Part shown: positions 43,988 to 55,400 of the stretch, one piece after another | How the letters are laid out: each line of letters begins with the position of its first letter | Numbering within the stretch: the stretch's first letter is position 1 | From: the human T2T-CHM13v2.0 reference genome, Homo sapiens | Strand: one strand, 5' to 3' | DNA: 64,000 bases | Assembly (NCBI RefSeq): GCF_009914755.1 | Contig: NC_060943.1 | Program-made: the position numbers and the translations under genes | The notes under the pieces: generated by a model | Told to the model about the DNA's origin: nothing | Databases searched by the model: none | What the model saw: the letters and a program-made list of their open reading frames with translations, nothing else

Positions 43988-46900
43988 AAACTTCTCTCTA
44001 GTTTTTATGTGAATATACTTGTTTTTCACCATAGGCCTCAAACTGCTCACAAATATTCCTTTGCAGATTCTACAAAAAGACTTTTTCCAAACTGATCAGT
44101 CAAATCAAATGTTCAACACTGTGAGATCAATGCACACATCATGAAGATGTTTCTCAGAAAGCGTCTGTCTAGTTTTTATGTGAAGATATTTCCTTTTTCA
44201 CCACAGGCCTCAAAGTGCTCAAAAGTATCCCTTTGCAGATTCCACAAAGAGACTGTTTCCAAACTGCTCAATGAAAAGAATCATTTACATCTCTGAAATG
44301 AATGCACACAACACAAAGCAGTTTCTCTGAAAAACCTGTCTAGTTTTTATGTGAAGATATTCCCTTTTTCACCATAGGCCACAAAGGGCTCACAAATATC
44401 CCTTTGCAGATTCTACAATAAAACTGTTTCCAAAATGCTCAATCAAAAGAAAGGTTCAACTCTGTGAGATGAATGCACACATCAGAAAGAAGTTTCTCAG
44501 AAACTTCTGTCTAGTTTTTATGTGAACATACTTCGTTTCTCACCATAAGTCTCAAAGCACTCACAAATATCCCTTTGAATATTCTACAAGAACAGAGGTT
44601 CCAATCTGCTCGATTAAAGAAATCTTTCCTTCTGTGAGATGAATGTACACATCACAAATCAGTTCCTCAGAAACCTTCTTTCTAGTTTTAATGTGAAGAC
44701 ATTTCTTTTACACCATAGGCCTCAGCGTGCTCCCAAATATCCCTTTGCAGATTCTACAAAAACTGTTACCAAACTGCTCAAACAAAAGAATGTCACAGCT
44801 CTGTGAGGTGAATGCACACATCAAAAAGATGTTTCACAGAAAGCTTCTGTCTAGTTTTTATGTGAAGATATTTCCTTTCTCACCATAGGACTCAGTGCGC
44901 TCCCCAATATCTGTTTGCAGACTCTACAAAAAGACTGCTTCCGAAGTGCTCAAAGAATGGTTCCACTCGGTGGGATGAATACACACATCACAAGGAAGTT
45001 TCTCAGAAAGCTTTTGCCTACTCTTTCTGTGAAGGTATTTCCTTTTTCAACATTTACCTCAAATCACTCACAAATATCCCATTGCAGATTGGAGAAGAAC
45101 AGAGTTTCCAAACTTCTCAATGAAAAGAAACGTTTGCTTCTGTGAGATGAATACACACATCACAAAGCAGTTTCTTAGAAAGCTTCTGCCTAGTTTTTAT
45201 GTGAAGATATTTCCTTTTTCACCATAGACTTCAATGCACTCCCAAATATCCCTTTGCAGATTCTACAAAAAGAATATTTGCCAACTGCTCAATCAAAACA
45301 ATGGTCCAAATCAGTGAAATGAATGCTCTCATCACAAAGAAGTCTGTCAGTAAGCTTCTATCTAGTTCTTATGTGAAGGTATTTTCTTTTTCTCCCTAGC
45401 CCTCAATGCACTCCCATATATCCCTTTGCAGATTCTACAAAAAGAATGTTTCCAAACTGCTAAATCAAAGAATGGTTCCACTCTGTGAGGTGAATGCACA
45501 CATCACAAAGAAGTTTCTCAGAAAATTTCTGTCAATTTTTTATGTGAAGATATTTCCTTTTTCACCATAGGTCCCAAAGCTCTCACAAATATCCCTTGGC
45601 AGATTCTACAAAAAGACGGTTTCCAAACTGCTCAATGAAAACAAACATTTAGATCTGTGAGATGAATGCACACATCAGAAAGCAGTTTCTCAGAAAGCTT
45701 CTTTCTATTTTTACTGAGAAGATATTTCCTTTTTCACCATAGACCTCAATGCAGTATGAAATATCCACTTGTAGATACTACAAAAGACTGTTTCCAAACT
45801 GCTCAATCAAAAGAATGGTTCAGCTATGTGAGATGAACGCACACATCAAAAAGAAGTTTCTCAGAAAGTTTTTTCCTAGTTTTCATGAGAAGATATATCC
45901 TTTTTCATGGTATGCCACAAAGCGCTCACAAATATCCCTTTGCAGATTCTAGAAGAACAGTTTTCATACTGCTCAATGAACAGAAACATTTACCTCTGTG
46001 AGTTGAATGCACACATAACAAAGCAGTTTCTCTGAAAGATTCTTTCAACTTTTTTTATGAAGAAATTTCCTTTTTCATCATAGGCCTCAAAGCACTCCCA
46101 AATATCCCTTTGCAGATTCTGCAAAAAGACTGTTTCCAAACTGCTCAATCAAAAGAATAGTTCAACTCTGTCAGATGAATGCACACATCACAAATAAGTT
46201 TCTCAGAAAACTTCTGTCTAGTTTTCCTGTGAAGATATTTCCTTTTTCACCATAGACCACAAAGTGCTCACAAATATCCCTTTGCAGATTCTAGAAGAAT
46301 AGAGTTTCCAAAATGCTCATTGAAAAGAAGTTTTACCTCTTTCAGGTAAATGCACACATCACAAAGCAGTTTCTCTGAAAGCTTCTTTCTAGCTTTTATG
46401 TGAAGATATTTCATTTTTCACCATAGACCTCAAGGTGCTCCTATATATACTTATGAAGATTCTACAAAAAGACTGTTTCCAAACTGCTCAATCAAAAGAA
46501 TGATTCAACTCTGTGAGATGAATGCACACATCACAAAGAAGTTTCTCAGAAAACTTCTCTTTAGTTCTTATATGAAGATATGTCCTTTTTCACCATAGGT
46601 CTCAAAGCACTCACAAATATCCCCTTGCAGATTCCAGAAGAATAGAGTTTCCAAAGTGCTCCATTAAAAGAAACGTTTACCTCTGTGATATGAATGCATG
46701 CATCAAAAAGCAGATTCTCAGAAGGATTCTTTCTACTTTTTATGTGAAGATATTTCCTTTTTCACCATAGGCCTCAAAGCACTCTCAAATGTCCCTTTGC
46801 AGATTCTACAAAAAGACTTTTCCAAACTGCTCAATGAAAGAATGATTCAACTCAGTGAGATGAATGCAGACATCACAAAGAAGTTTCTCAGAAAACCTCT

Positions 46901-49900
46901 GTATAGCTTTTATGTGACAATATTTCCTTTTTCATCATAAGCCTCAAAGTGCTCACAAATATCCCTGTGCAGAATCTAGAAGAGCAGAGTTGCCAAACTG
47001 CTCAATAAAAAGAAACGTTTACCTCTGTGAAATGAATGCACACAACACAAACCAGTTTTTCAGAAAGTTTCTTTCTAGTTTTTATGTGAAGATATTTCCT
47101 TTTTCACCATAGACCTCAGTGCGCTCCCAAATATCCCTTTGCAGATTCTACAACAGGACTGTTTCCAAACTGCTCAAACAATAGCATGTCACAGCTCTGT
47201 GAGGTGAATGCACACATCACAAAGATGTTTCACAGAAAGCTTCTGTCTAGTTTTTAGGTGAAGATATTTACTTTTTCAACATAGGCCTCAATGCACTCCC
47301 CAATATCCCTTTGAAGATTCTACAAAAAGACTGCTTACAAAGTGCTCAATCAAAAGAATTGTTCAACTCTTTGAGATGAATGCACACATCACAAGGAAGT
47401 TTCTCAGAAAGCTGCTGTCTATTTATATGTGAAGGTATTTCCTTTTTCAACATTTGCCTGAAAGCACTCCCAAATATCCCTTTGCAGCTTCTACAAAAAG
47501 AGTGTTTCTAAATTGTGCAATCAAAAGGATTGTTCAACTCTGTGAGATGAATGCACACATCACAAAGAACTTTCTCCAAAATCTTCTGTCTAGTTTTTAT
47601 TTGAAGATATTTCCTTTTTCACCATAAGCCTCAAAGTGCTCACAAATATCCCTTTGCAGATTCTAGAACAGTGTGTCCAAACTGCTCAATTAAAAGAATC
47701 TTTACCACTAGAGATGAATGCACACATCACAAAGAAGTTTCTCAGAAAGCTTCTTTGTAGTTTTTATGTGAAGGAATTTCGTTTTTCACCATAGGCCTCA
47801 GCGTGCCCCCAAATATCCCTTTTTAGAATCTGCAAAAAGACTGTTTCCAAACCGCTCTATGAAAAGAATGGTTCAACTCTGTGAGACGAATGCACACATC
47901 ACAAAGACGTTTCTTAGAAAGTTTCTGTGTGGTTTTTATGGAAAGATACTTCCTTTTTCAACATAGGCTGCAAAGTGCTCACAAATATCCATTTGCAGCT
48001 TCTAGAAGAACAGGGTTTCCAAACTGTTCAGTGAAAAGAAACCTTTACCTCTGCAAGTTTAATGCACATATCAAAAAGAAGTTTCTCAGAATTCTTCTTT
48101 CTAGTTTTTATGTGAAGATATTTCCTTTTTCACCATAGGGCTCAACGCACTCCCAATTATCCCTTTGCAGTATCTATGAACAGACTGTTTACAAACTGCT
48201 CAATGAAAGGAAAGTTTCAACTCTGAGATGAATGCCCACATCACAAAGAAGTTTCCCAGAAAGCTTCTGTCTAGTTTTTGTGTGAAGATACTTCCTTTTT
48301 CACCATAGGCCTCAACGCACTCCCAAATATCCCTTTTCTTGATTGTACAAAAAGACTGTTTCCAAACTGCTCTATGAAAGGAATGGTTCAACTCTATGCG
48401 ATGAATGCACACATCACAAAGGAGTTTCTCAGAAAGCTTCTTTCTGCTTTTTATATGAAGATATTTCCTTTTTCACAATAGGCCGCAAAGAACTCACAAA
48501 TATCCATTTGCAGCTTCTAGAAGAACAGAGTTTCCAAACTACTCAGTGAAAAGAAACCTTTACCTCTGTGAGTTGAATGCACACATCACAAACAAGTTTC
48601 TCAGAATGCTTCTTTCTAGTTTTTATGTGAAGATATTTCCTTTTCACAAGAGCTCAACGTGCTCCCAAGTATCCCTTTGCAGTTTCTATGAACAGACTGT
48701 TTCCAAACTGCTCAATGAAAAGAAAGTTTCAACTCTATGAGATGAACACCCACATCACAAAGTAGTTTCCCAGAAAGCTTCTGACTAGTTTTTATGTGAG
48801 GATATTTCCTTTTTCACCATAGGCCACAAAGGGCTCAAAAATATGCCCTTGCAATTCAACAAAAAGACTGTTTCCAAGCAGCTCACCAAAAGAAATGTTC
48901 AACCCTGAGATGAATGCACACATCACAAAGAAGTTTCTCAGAAAGCTTCTTTCTAGTTTTTATGTGAAGATATTTCCTTTTTCACCATACACTTCTAAGC
49001 ACTCCAAATATCCATTTGCAGATTCTAGAAGAACAGGTTTTCCAAACTGCTCAATGAAAACAAACTTTTACCTCTGGGAGATGAATGCACACATCACAAA
49101 GCAGTTTCTCAGAAAGTTTCTTCCTAGTTTTTATGTGAAGATATTTCGTTTTTCACCATAGGACTCCAAATGTTCCCAAATATCCCTTTGCTGATTGTAC
49201 AAAAAGACTGTATTGAAAGTGCTCAATCAAAAGAATAGTCCAACTCTGTTAGAGGAATGCACACATCACAAAGAAGTTTCTCAGAAAGATTCTGTCTAGT
49301 TTTTATGTGAAGATATTTCCTTTTTCAATGTAGGCCTCAAAGAACTCTCAAATATTCCTTTGTAGATGCTAGAAAAACAGAGTTTCCAAATTGCTCAATG
49401 AAAACAAATGTTTACCTCTGTGAGATGAATGCCCAGATCACAAAGCTGTTTCTCAGAAAGGTTCTTTCTAGTTTTTAAGTGGAGATATTTCCTTTTTCAG
49501 CATAGATCTCAAAGCTCTGAAAAATATCACTTAACAGATTCTACAAAAAGACTGCTTCCAAATGGCTCAATCAAACGAATGCTTCAACTCTGTGAGATAA
49601 ATGCACAAGTCAAAACGAAGTTTCTCTGAAATCTTCTGTCTAGTTTTTATGTGAAGATATTTCCTTTTTCACCATAAGCCTCAAAACACTCACAAATATC
49701 CCTTTGCAGATTCCAGAAGAACAGTTTCCAAACTACTCAATGAAAAAAAAAAAAATTTACCTCTGTGGGATGAATGCACACATCACAAAGCACTTTCTCA
49801 GAAAGCTTCTTTCTACTTTTTATGTGAAGATATTTCCATTTTCAGTATAGGCATCAAAGCACTCTAAAATATCCGTTTGCAGATTCCACAAAAAGACTGT

Positions 49901-52421
49901 TTCCAAACTGTTCAATTAAAAGAATGTTTCAACTGTGTGAGATGAATGCACTCGTCACAAAGAAGTTTCTCAGAATGGTTCTGTGTGGTGTTTTTGTGAA
50001 GATATTTCCTTTGTCACCGTAGGCCTCAAGGCACTCACAAATATCCCTTTTCAGATTCTGGAAGAACAGAGTTTCCAAACTGCTCAATGAAAAGAATCAT
50101 TTACCTCTGTGAGATGAATGCACATATCACAAAGAAGTTTCTCAGAAAGCTTCTTTTAAGTTTTTATGTGAAGATATTTCCTTTTTCACCTTAGGTCTCA
50201 AAGCTCTCCCTGATATCCTTTGGCAGAATGTACAAAAATACTGTTTCCAAACTGCTAAATCAAAAGAATGGTTCAACTCTATGACACGAATGAACATATG
50301 ATGAAGAAGTTTCTCAGAAATCCTGTGTCTAGTTTTTATGTGAAGATATTTCCTTTTCACCGCAGGCCTCAAAGCACTCAAAAATATCCCTTTGCAAATT
50401 CTAGAATAACAGAGTTTCCAAACTTCTCAATGAAAAGAAAGTTTTACCTCTGTGAGATGAGTGCAAACATCCTAAACCAGTTTCTCAGAAAGCTTCTTTC
50501 TACTTTTCATATGAAGATATTTCACTTTTCACCATAGGCCTCAGCACACTCCCAAATATCCCTTTGCAGATTCTATAAAAGACTGTTTCCAAACTGCTCA
50601 ATTGAAAGTATGGATCAACTCTGGGAAAGGAATACAAACATCATAAAGAAGTTTCTCAGAAAGCTTCTGTCTGGTTTTCATATGAAGATATTTCTATTTT
50701 CACCATAGTCCTCAACATGTTCCCAAATATCCCCTTGCAGATGCCAAAAACAGACTGTTTCCGAATTGCTCTATCAAAAGAATGGTTCAGCTCTGTGTGA
50801 TGAATGCACACATTACAAAGAAGTTTCTCAGAAAGATTCTGTCTAGTTTTTATGTGAAGATATTTATTTTTTCACCATAGGTATCAAAGCACTCACGAAA
50901 ATCCCTTTGCAGATTCTAGAACGACAGAGTTTCCAAAGTGCTGAATGAAAAGAAATGTTTACCTCTGTGAGATAAATGCACACATCATAGAGAAGTTTCT
51001 CAGAAAGCTTGTTTCTAGTTTTTATGTGAAGATATTTCCTTTTTCACCATAGGCCTCAAAGAGCTCCCAAATATCCCTTTACAGATTCTACAAAAAGACT
51101 GTTTCCAAACTGCTCAATCAAAAGAATGGTTGACCTCCACGAGATGAATGCACACATCATTAAGTAGTTTCTCAGAAAGCTTATTTCTTGTTTTTATGTG
51201 AAGATATTTATTTTTTCACCATAGGTATCAAAGTGCTCATGAATATCTCTTTGCAGATTCTACAACAACAGGGTTTCCGGAGTGCTCAATGAAAAGGAAT
51301 GTTTACCTCTGTGAGATAAATGCACACATCATAAAGAAGTTTCTCAGAAAGCTTGTTTCTAGTTTTTATGTGAAGTTATTTCCTTTTCACCACAGGCCTC
51401 AAAGTGCACCCAAGTATCCCTTTGCAGGTTCTCCAAAAACACTATTTGAAACTGCACAATCAAATGAATGGTTCATCTCTGTGGGATGAATGCACACATC
51501 ACAAAGCAGTTTCTCAGAAAGCTGTTTTCTAGTTTTTACATGAAGGTATTTCCTTTTTCACCACAGGCATCTAAGCGCTCCAAAATATCCCTTTTCAGAT
51601 TCTGCAAAAAGACTGTTTCCAAACTGTTCAATCAAACGAATGGTTCAAGTCTGTGAGATGAAGGCACACATCACAAAGGAGTTTCTCAGAAAGCTTCTTT
51701 CTAGTTTTTATATGAAGATATTTCCTTTTTCACCATAGGCCTCAAAGTGCTCCCAAATACACCTTTGCAGATTCTCCAAAAACAGTTTCCAAACTGCTCA
51801 ACCAAACGAATGGTTGATTTTTGTGAGGTGAATGCACACATCACAAAGCAGTTTCTCAGGAAGCTTCTGTCTAGTTTTTATGTGAAGATATTTCCTTTTT
51901 CACCATAGGCCTCAAAGTACTCACAAATATTCTTTGTAGATTGTAGAAGAACAATGTTTCCAAACGTCTCAATGAAAAGAAATGTTTACCTCTGTGAGAT
52001 GAATGTTCACATCACAAAGCAGTTTCTTAGAAAGCTTCTTCTTGTTTGCATGTGAAGATAATTCCTTTTTCACCATAGATCTCAAAGCGCTCACAAATAT
52101 CCCTTTTCAGATTCTAGAAGAACAGAGTTTCCAAACTGCTCAGTCAAAAGAATTGTTCAACTCTGTGAGATGAATGCACACATCACAAAGTAGTTTCTCA
52201 TAAACTTCTGTCTAATTTTGATTTGAAGATATTTCCTTTTTCACCATGAGCCTCAAAGCATTCCCAAATATCCCTTTGCAGTTTCTACAAAAAGACTGTG
52301 TGCGAACTGGTCAAACAATAGAATGGTTCAACTTGGTGAGATGAATGCACACATCACAAATAAGTTTCTCAGAAAGCTTCTGTCTAGTTTTTATGTGAAA
52401 ATATTTGCTTTTTCACCATAG
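43988..52421 (-). repeat. Alpha satellite, block B, reverse orientation (~49 monomers, partly dimeric)
   Basis: Reverse-complement monomers CTAGTTTTTATGTGAAGATATTTCCTTTTTCACCATAGGCCTCAAAG...TGAGATGAATGCACACATCACAAAG. Confidence 0.98.
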
Positions 52422-55400
52422 AAAAACAAAATAACTTCAGATAAAAACAAGAAATAAGCTTTCTGAGAAACTGCATTTTGATGGGTGCATTTGTCTCACA
52501 GAGTTTAACAGTTCTTTTGATTGAGAAGTTTTGAAAAGCTGTTTTTTTCCCATTCTAGGAATGGACATTCAGTAGCTCCTTTAGTCCGTTGGTGAAAAAG
52601 TGGATTTCCCAGTATTAAAACTAGAAGGAAGCTATCTGAGAAACCGCTTTGTGATTTTTGTATTCCTTTCACATAGTGAAATCTTTCTTTTTATTCAGCT
52701 GTTAAGAAACACTGTTTTTTAGAATCTGCAAAGGGATATCGGAAGCACATACAGGCCTATGGTGAAAAAGAAAATAACTTCAGATAAGAACTAGAAAGAA
52801 ACTTTCTGAGAAACTGCTTTGTGATGTGTGCATTCATCTCACAATGTTAAACCTTTCTTTGATTCAGCATTTTGGAAACAGTTTTTCTCTATTCAGCAAA
52901 TGGACATTTGGGAGTTCATTGAGGCCAATGGCAAAAAAGCAAATATCGCAGGATACAAACTAGAAAGAAGCTGTCTGACAAACCGCTTTGTGATATGTGC
53001 ATTCTTCTCACAGAGATAAACCATTCTTTTCATTAAGCCATCTGGAAACAGTTTTTGTAGAATCCGTGAAGGGATATTTGGGAGCTCTTTGAACCTATTG
53101 GGGAAAGAGCAAATATCCAAGGATAAAAACTAGAAGGAAATTATCTGAAAAACCTCTTTGTAATGTGTCCGTTCATCTTTCAAAGTTAAACCCTTCTTTT
53201 CATTCAGGAGTTTGGAAACACTGTTTTTGTAGAGTCTGCAAAGGGATATTTTGGAGTGCATTGAGACCTGCAGTGAAGAAGAAAATATCTTCAGATAAAC
53301 ACAAGAAAGAAACTTTCTGAGAAACTGCTTTGTGATGCATGCATTCATCTCACAGACTTAAACCTTTCTTTTGAATCAGCAGTTTGGAAACACTGTTTTT
53401 GAAGAATCTGCAAAAGGATATTTGGGAGCACATTGAGTCCTGTGGAGAGAAAGAAATTATCTTTACATAAAAACTAGAAATAAGCTTTTGGAGTAACTGC
53501 TCTGTGGTGTGTGCACTAATCTCAGAGATAAACCTCTCTTTTCATTCAACTCTTTGGAAGCAGTGTTTTTTTAGAATCTGTGAATGGACATCTGGGAGTA
53601 TATTGAGGCTGATGGTGAAAAATAAAAAATCTTCAGATAAAAACTAGAAAGAACCTTTCTGAGAAACTGCTTTGTGATATGTGCATTCATCTCACAGAAT
53701 TAAACTTTTCTTTGATTCTGCAGTCTTGAAAGCCTGTTTTTGTCCATTCAGTGAATCAACATTTGGGAATACACTGTGGCCAATGGTGAAAAAGCAAATA
53801 TCCCAGGATAAAAATTAGAAGGAATTTTTCTGAGAAACCAATTTCTGATGTGTGCATTCATCTTGCAGAGTTAAAACTTCCTTCTCATTCAGCAGTTTGG
53901 AAACACTGTTTTTGTAGAATCTGCAAAGGGATATTTGGGAGTGCATTAAGGCCTGTGGTGAAAAAGACAATATATTCGATAAAAACTGAAAAGAAGCTTT
54001 ATAAGAAACTGCACTCCTCTCACAGAGTTAAAGCTTTCCTTTGATTCAGAGGTTTGGAATCACTCTTTTTGTTGAATCTGTGAAGTGATATTTGGGAGCG
54101 CTTTGAGACCTATGGTGAAAAACAAAATATCTTTAGATAAAAACTAGAAAGAAGCTTTCTGAGAACTCCTCTGTGATATGTGCATTCATCTCACAGAGTT
54201 AAACATTCCCTTTGATTCAGCAGTTTGGAGACACTGTTTTTGTCCATTCTGAGAATGGACAATTTTTAAGCTCATTGAGGCCAATGGCAAAAAAGTAAAT
54301 ATCACTGGATAAAAACTAGAAGGAAATTATCTGAGAAACTACTCTATTATGTGTGCGTTCATCTCGCAGAGATAAACAGTTCTTTTCATCAAGCAGTTTG
54401 GAAATATTGTTTTTGTAGAATCTTCCAAGGGATATTTGGGATATCATTAAGGCCAAAGACAAAGAAAATATCCCGGGTAAAAACTAGAAGGAAGCTGTCT
54501 GAGAAACTGCTTTGTGATGTGTGCATTCATCTCACAGAGGTAAACCTTTCTTTTAATTCAGCAGTTTGGAAACACTGTTTTTGTCCATTCTGTGAATGAA
54601 CCATTTGGAGCTCATTGAGACAAAGGAGGAAAAAGGTAATATCCCATGATAAAAATGAGAAGGAATCTATTTAAGAAACTGCTTTGTGATGTGTGCATTC
54701 ATCTGGCCGAGTTAAACCATAAGTTTCATTCAGCAGTTTGAAAACACGGTTTTCGTAAAATCTGCAAAATGATATTTGAGAGCACTTTGAGGCCTATGGT
54801 GAGAAAAAAACAATGTTCAGGTAAAAAATAGAAAAATGCTTTCTAAGAAACAGCTTTGTGATGTGTGCATTCATCTCACAGAGTTAAACCTTTATTTTGA
54901 TTCAGCAGTTTTGAGACACTGTTTTTTTCCATTCTGTGAATGGACATTTGGGAGCTAATTGAGGCAAGAGGGGAAAAAGCTAATATCCCATGATAAAAAC
55001 TAGATAGAAGCTATCTGAGAGACTGCTTTGTGATGTGTGCATTCATCTTGCAGAGTGAAATCTTTCTTTTCATTCAGCAGTTTGGAAAGACAATTTTTGT
55101 AAATCTGTGAAGGGATATTTGGGAGCTCATTGGTGCCAATTGCAAAAAGCTAGTATCCCAGGATAAAAATGTGAACGAAGGTATCTGAGAAACGGCTTTG
55201 TGATGTGTGCATTCTTCTTGCAGACTGAAATCTTTCTTTTCATTCAGCAGTTTGGAAACACTGTTTTTGTAAAATCTGCAAAGGGATCTTTGGGAGCACT
55301 ATGAGTACTATGGTGAAAAAGAAAATATCCTCAGATAAAGAGTAGAAAGTAGCTTTCTGAGAAACTGCTTTGTGATGTGTGCATTCATCTCATGGAGTTA

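Larger units (their letters stand above)
37758..43990 (+). mobile_element. LINE-1 (L1PA4 or older L1PA3-like), near full length, lacking roughly the first 650 bp of the 5'UTR, inactive
   Basis: Starts inside the 5'UTR (ATCTGAGAATGGGCAGACTGCCTCCTCAAG), followed by ORF1, inter-ORF spacer, ORF2 (EN, RT with FADD at 42035-42046, C-domain), 3'UTR and an A-rich tail ending ~43990. Many stops and frameshifts; no direct TSD. Confidence 0.96.

Noticed and set aside
37758-43990. Retrotransposition-competent L1
   Set aside because: The promoter is missing, both ORFs have stops and frameshifts, the EN SDH motif is altered, and ORF2 carries a nested insertion.
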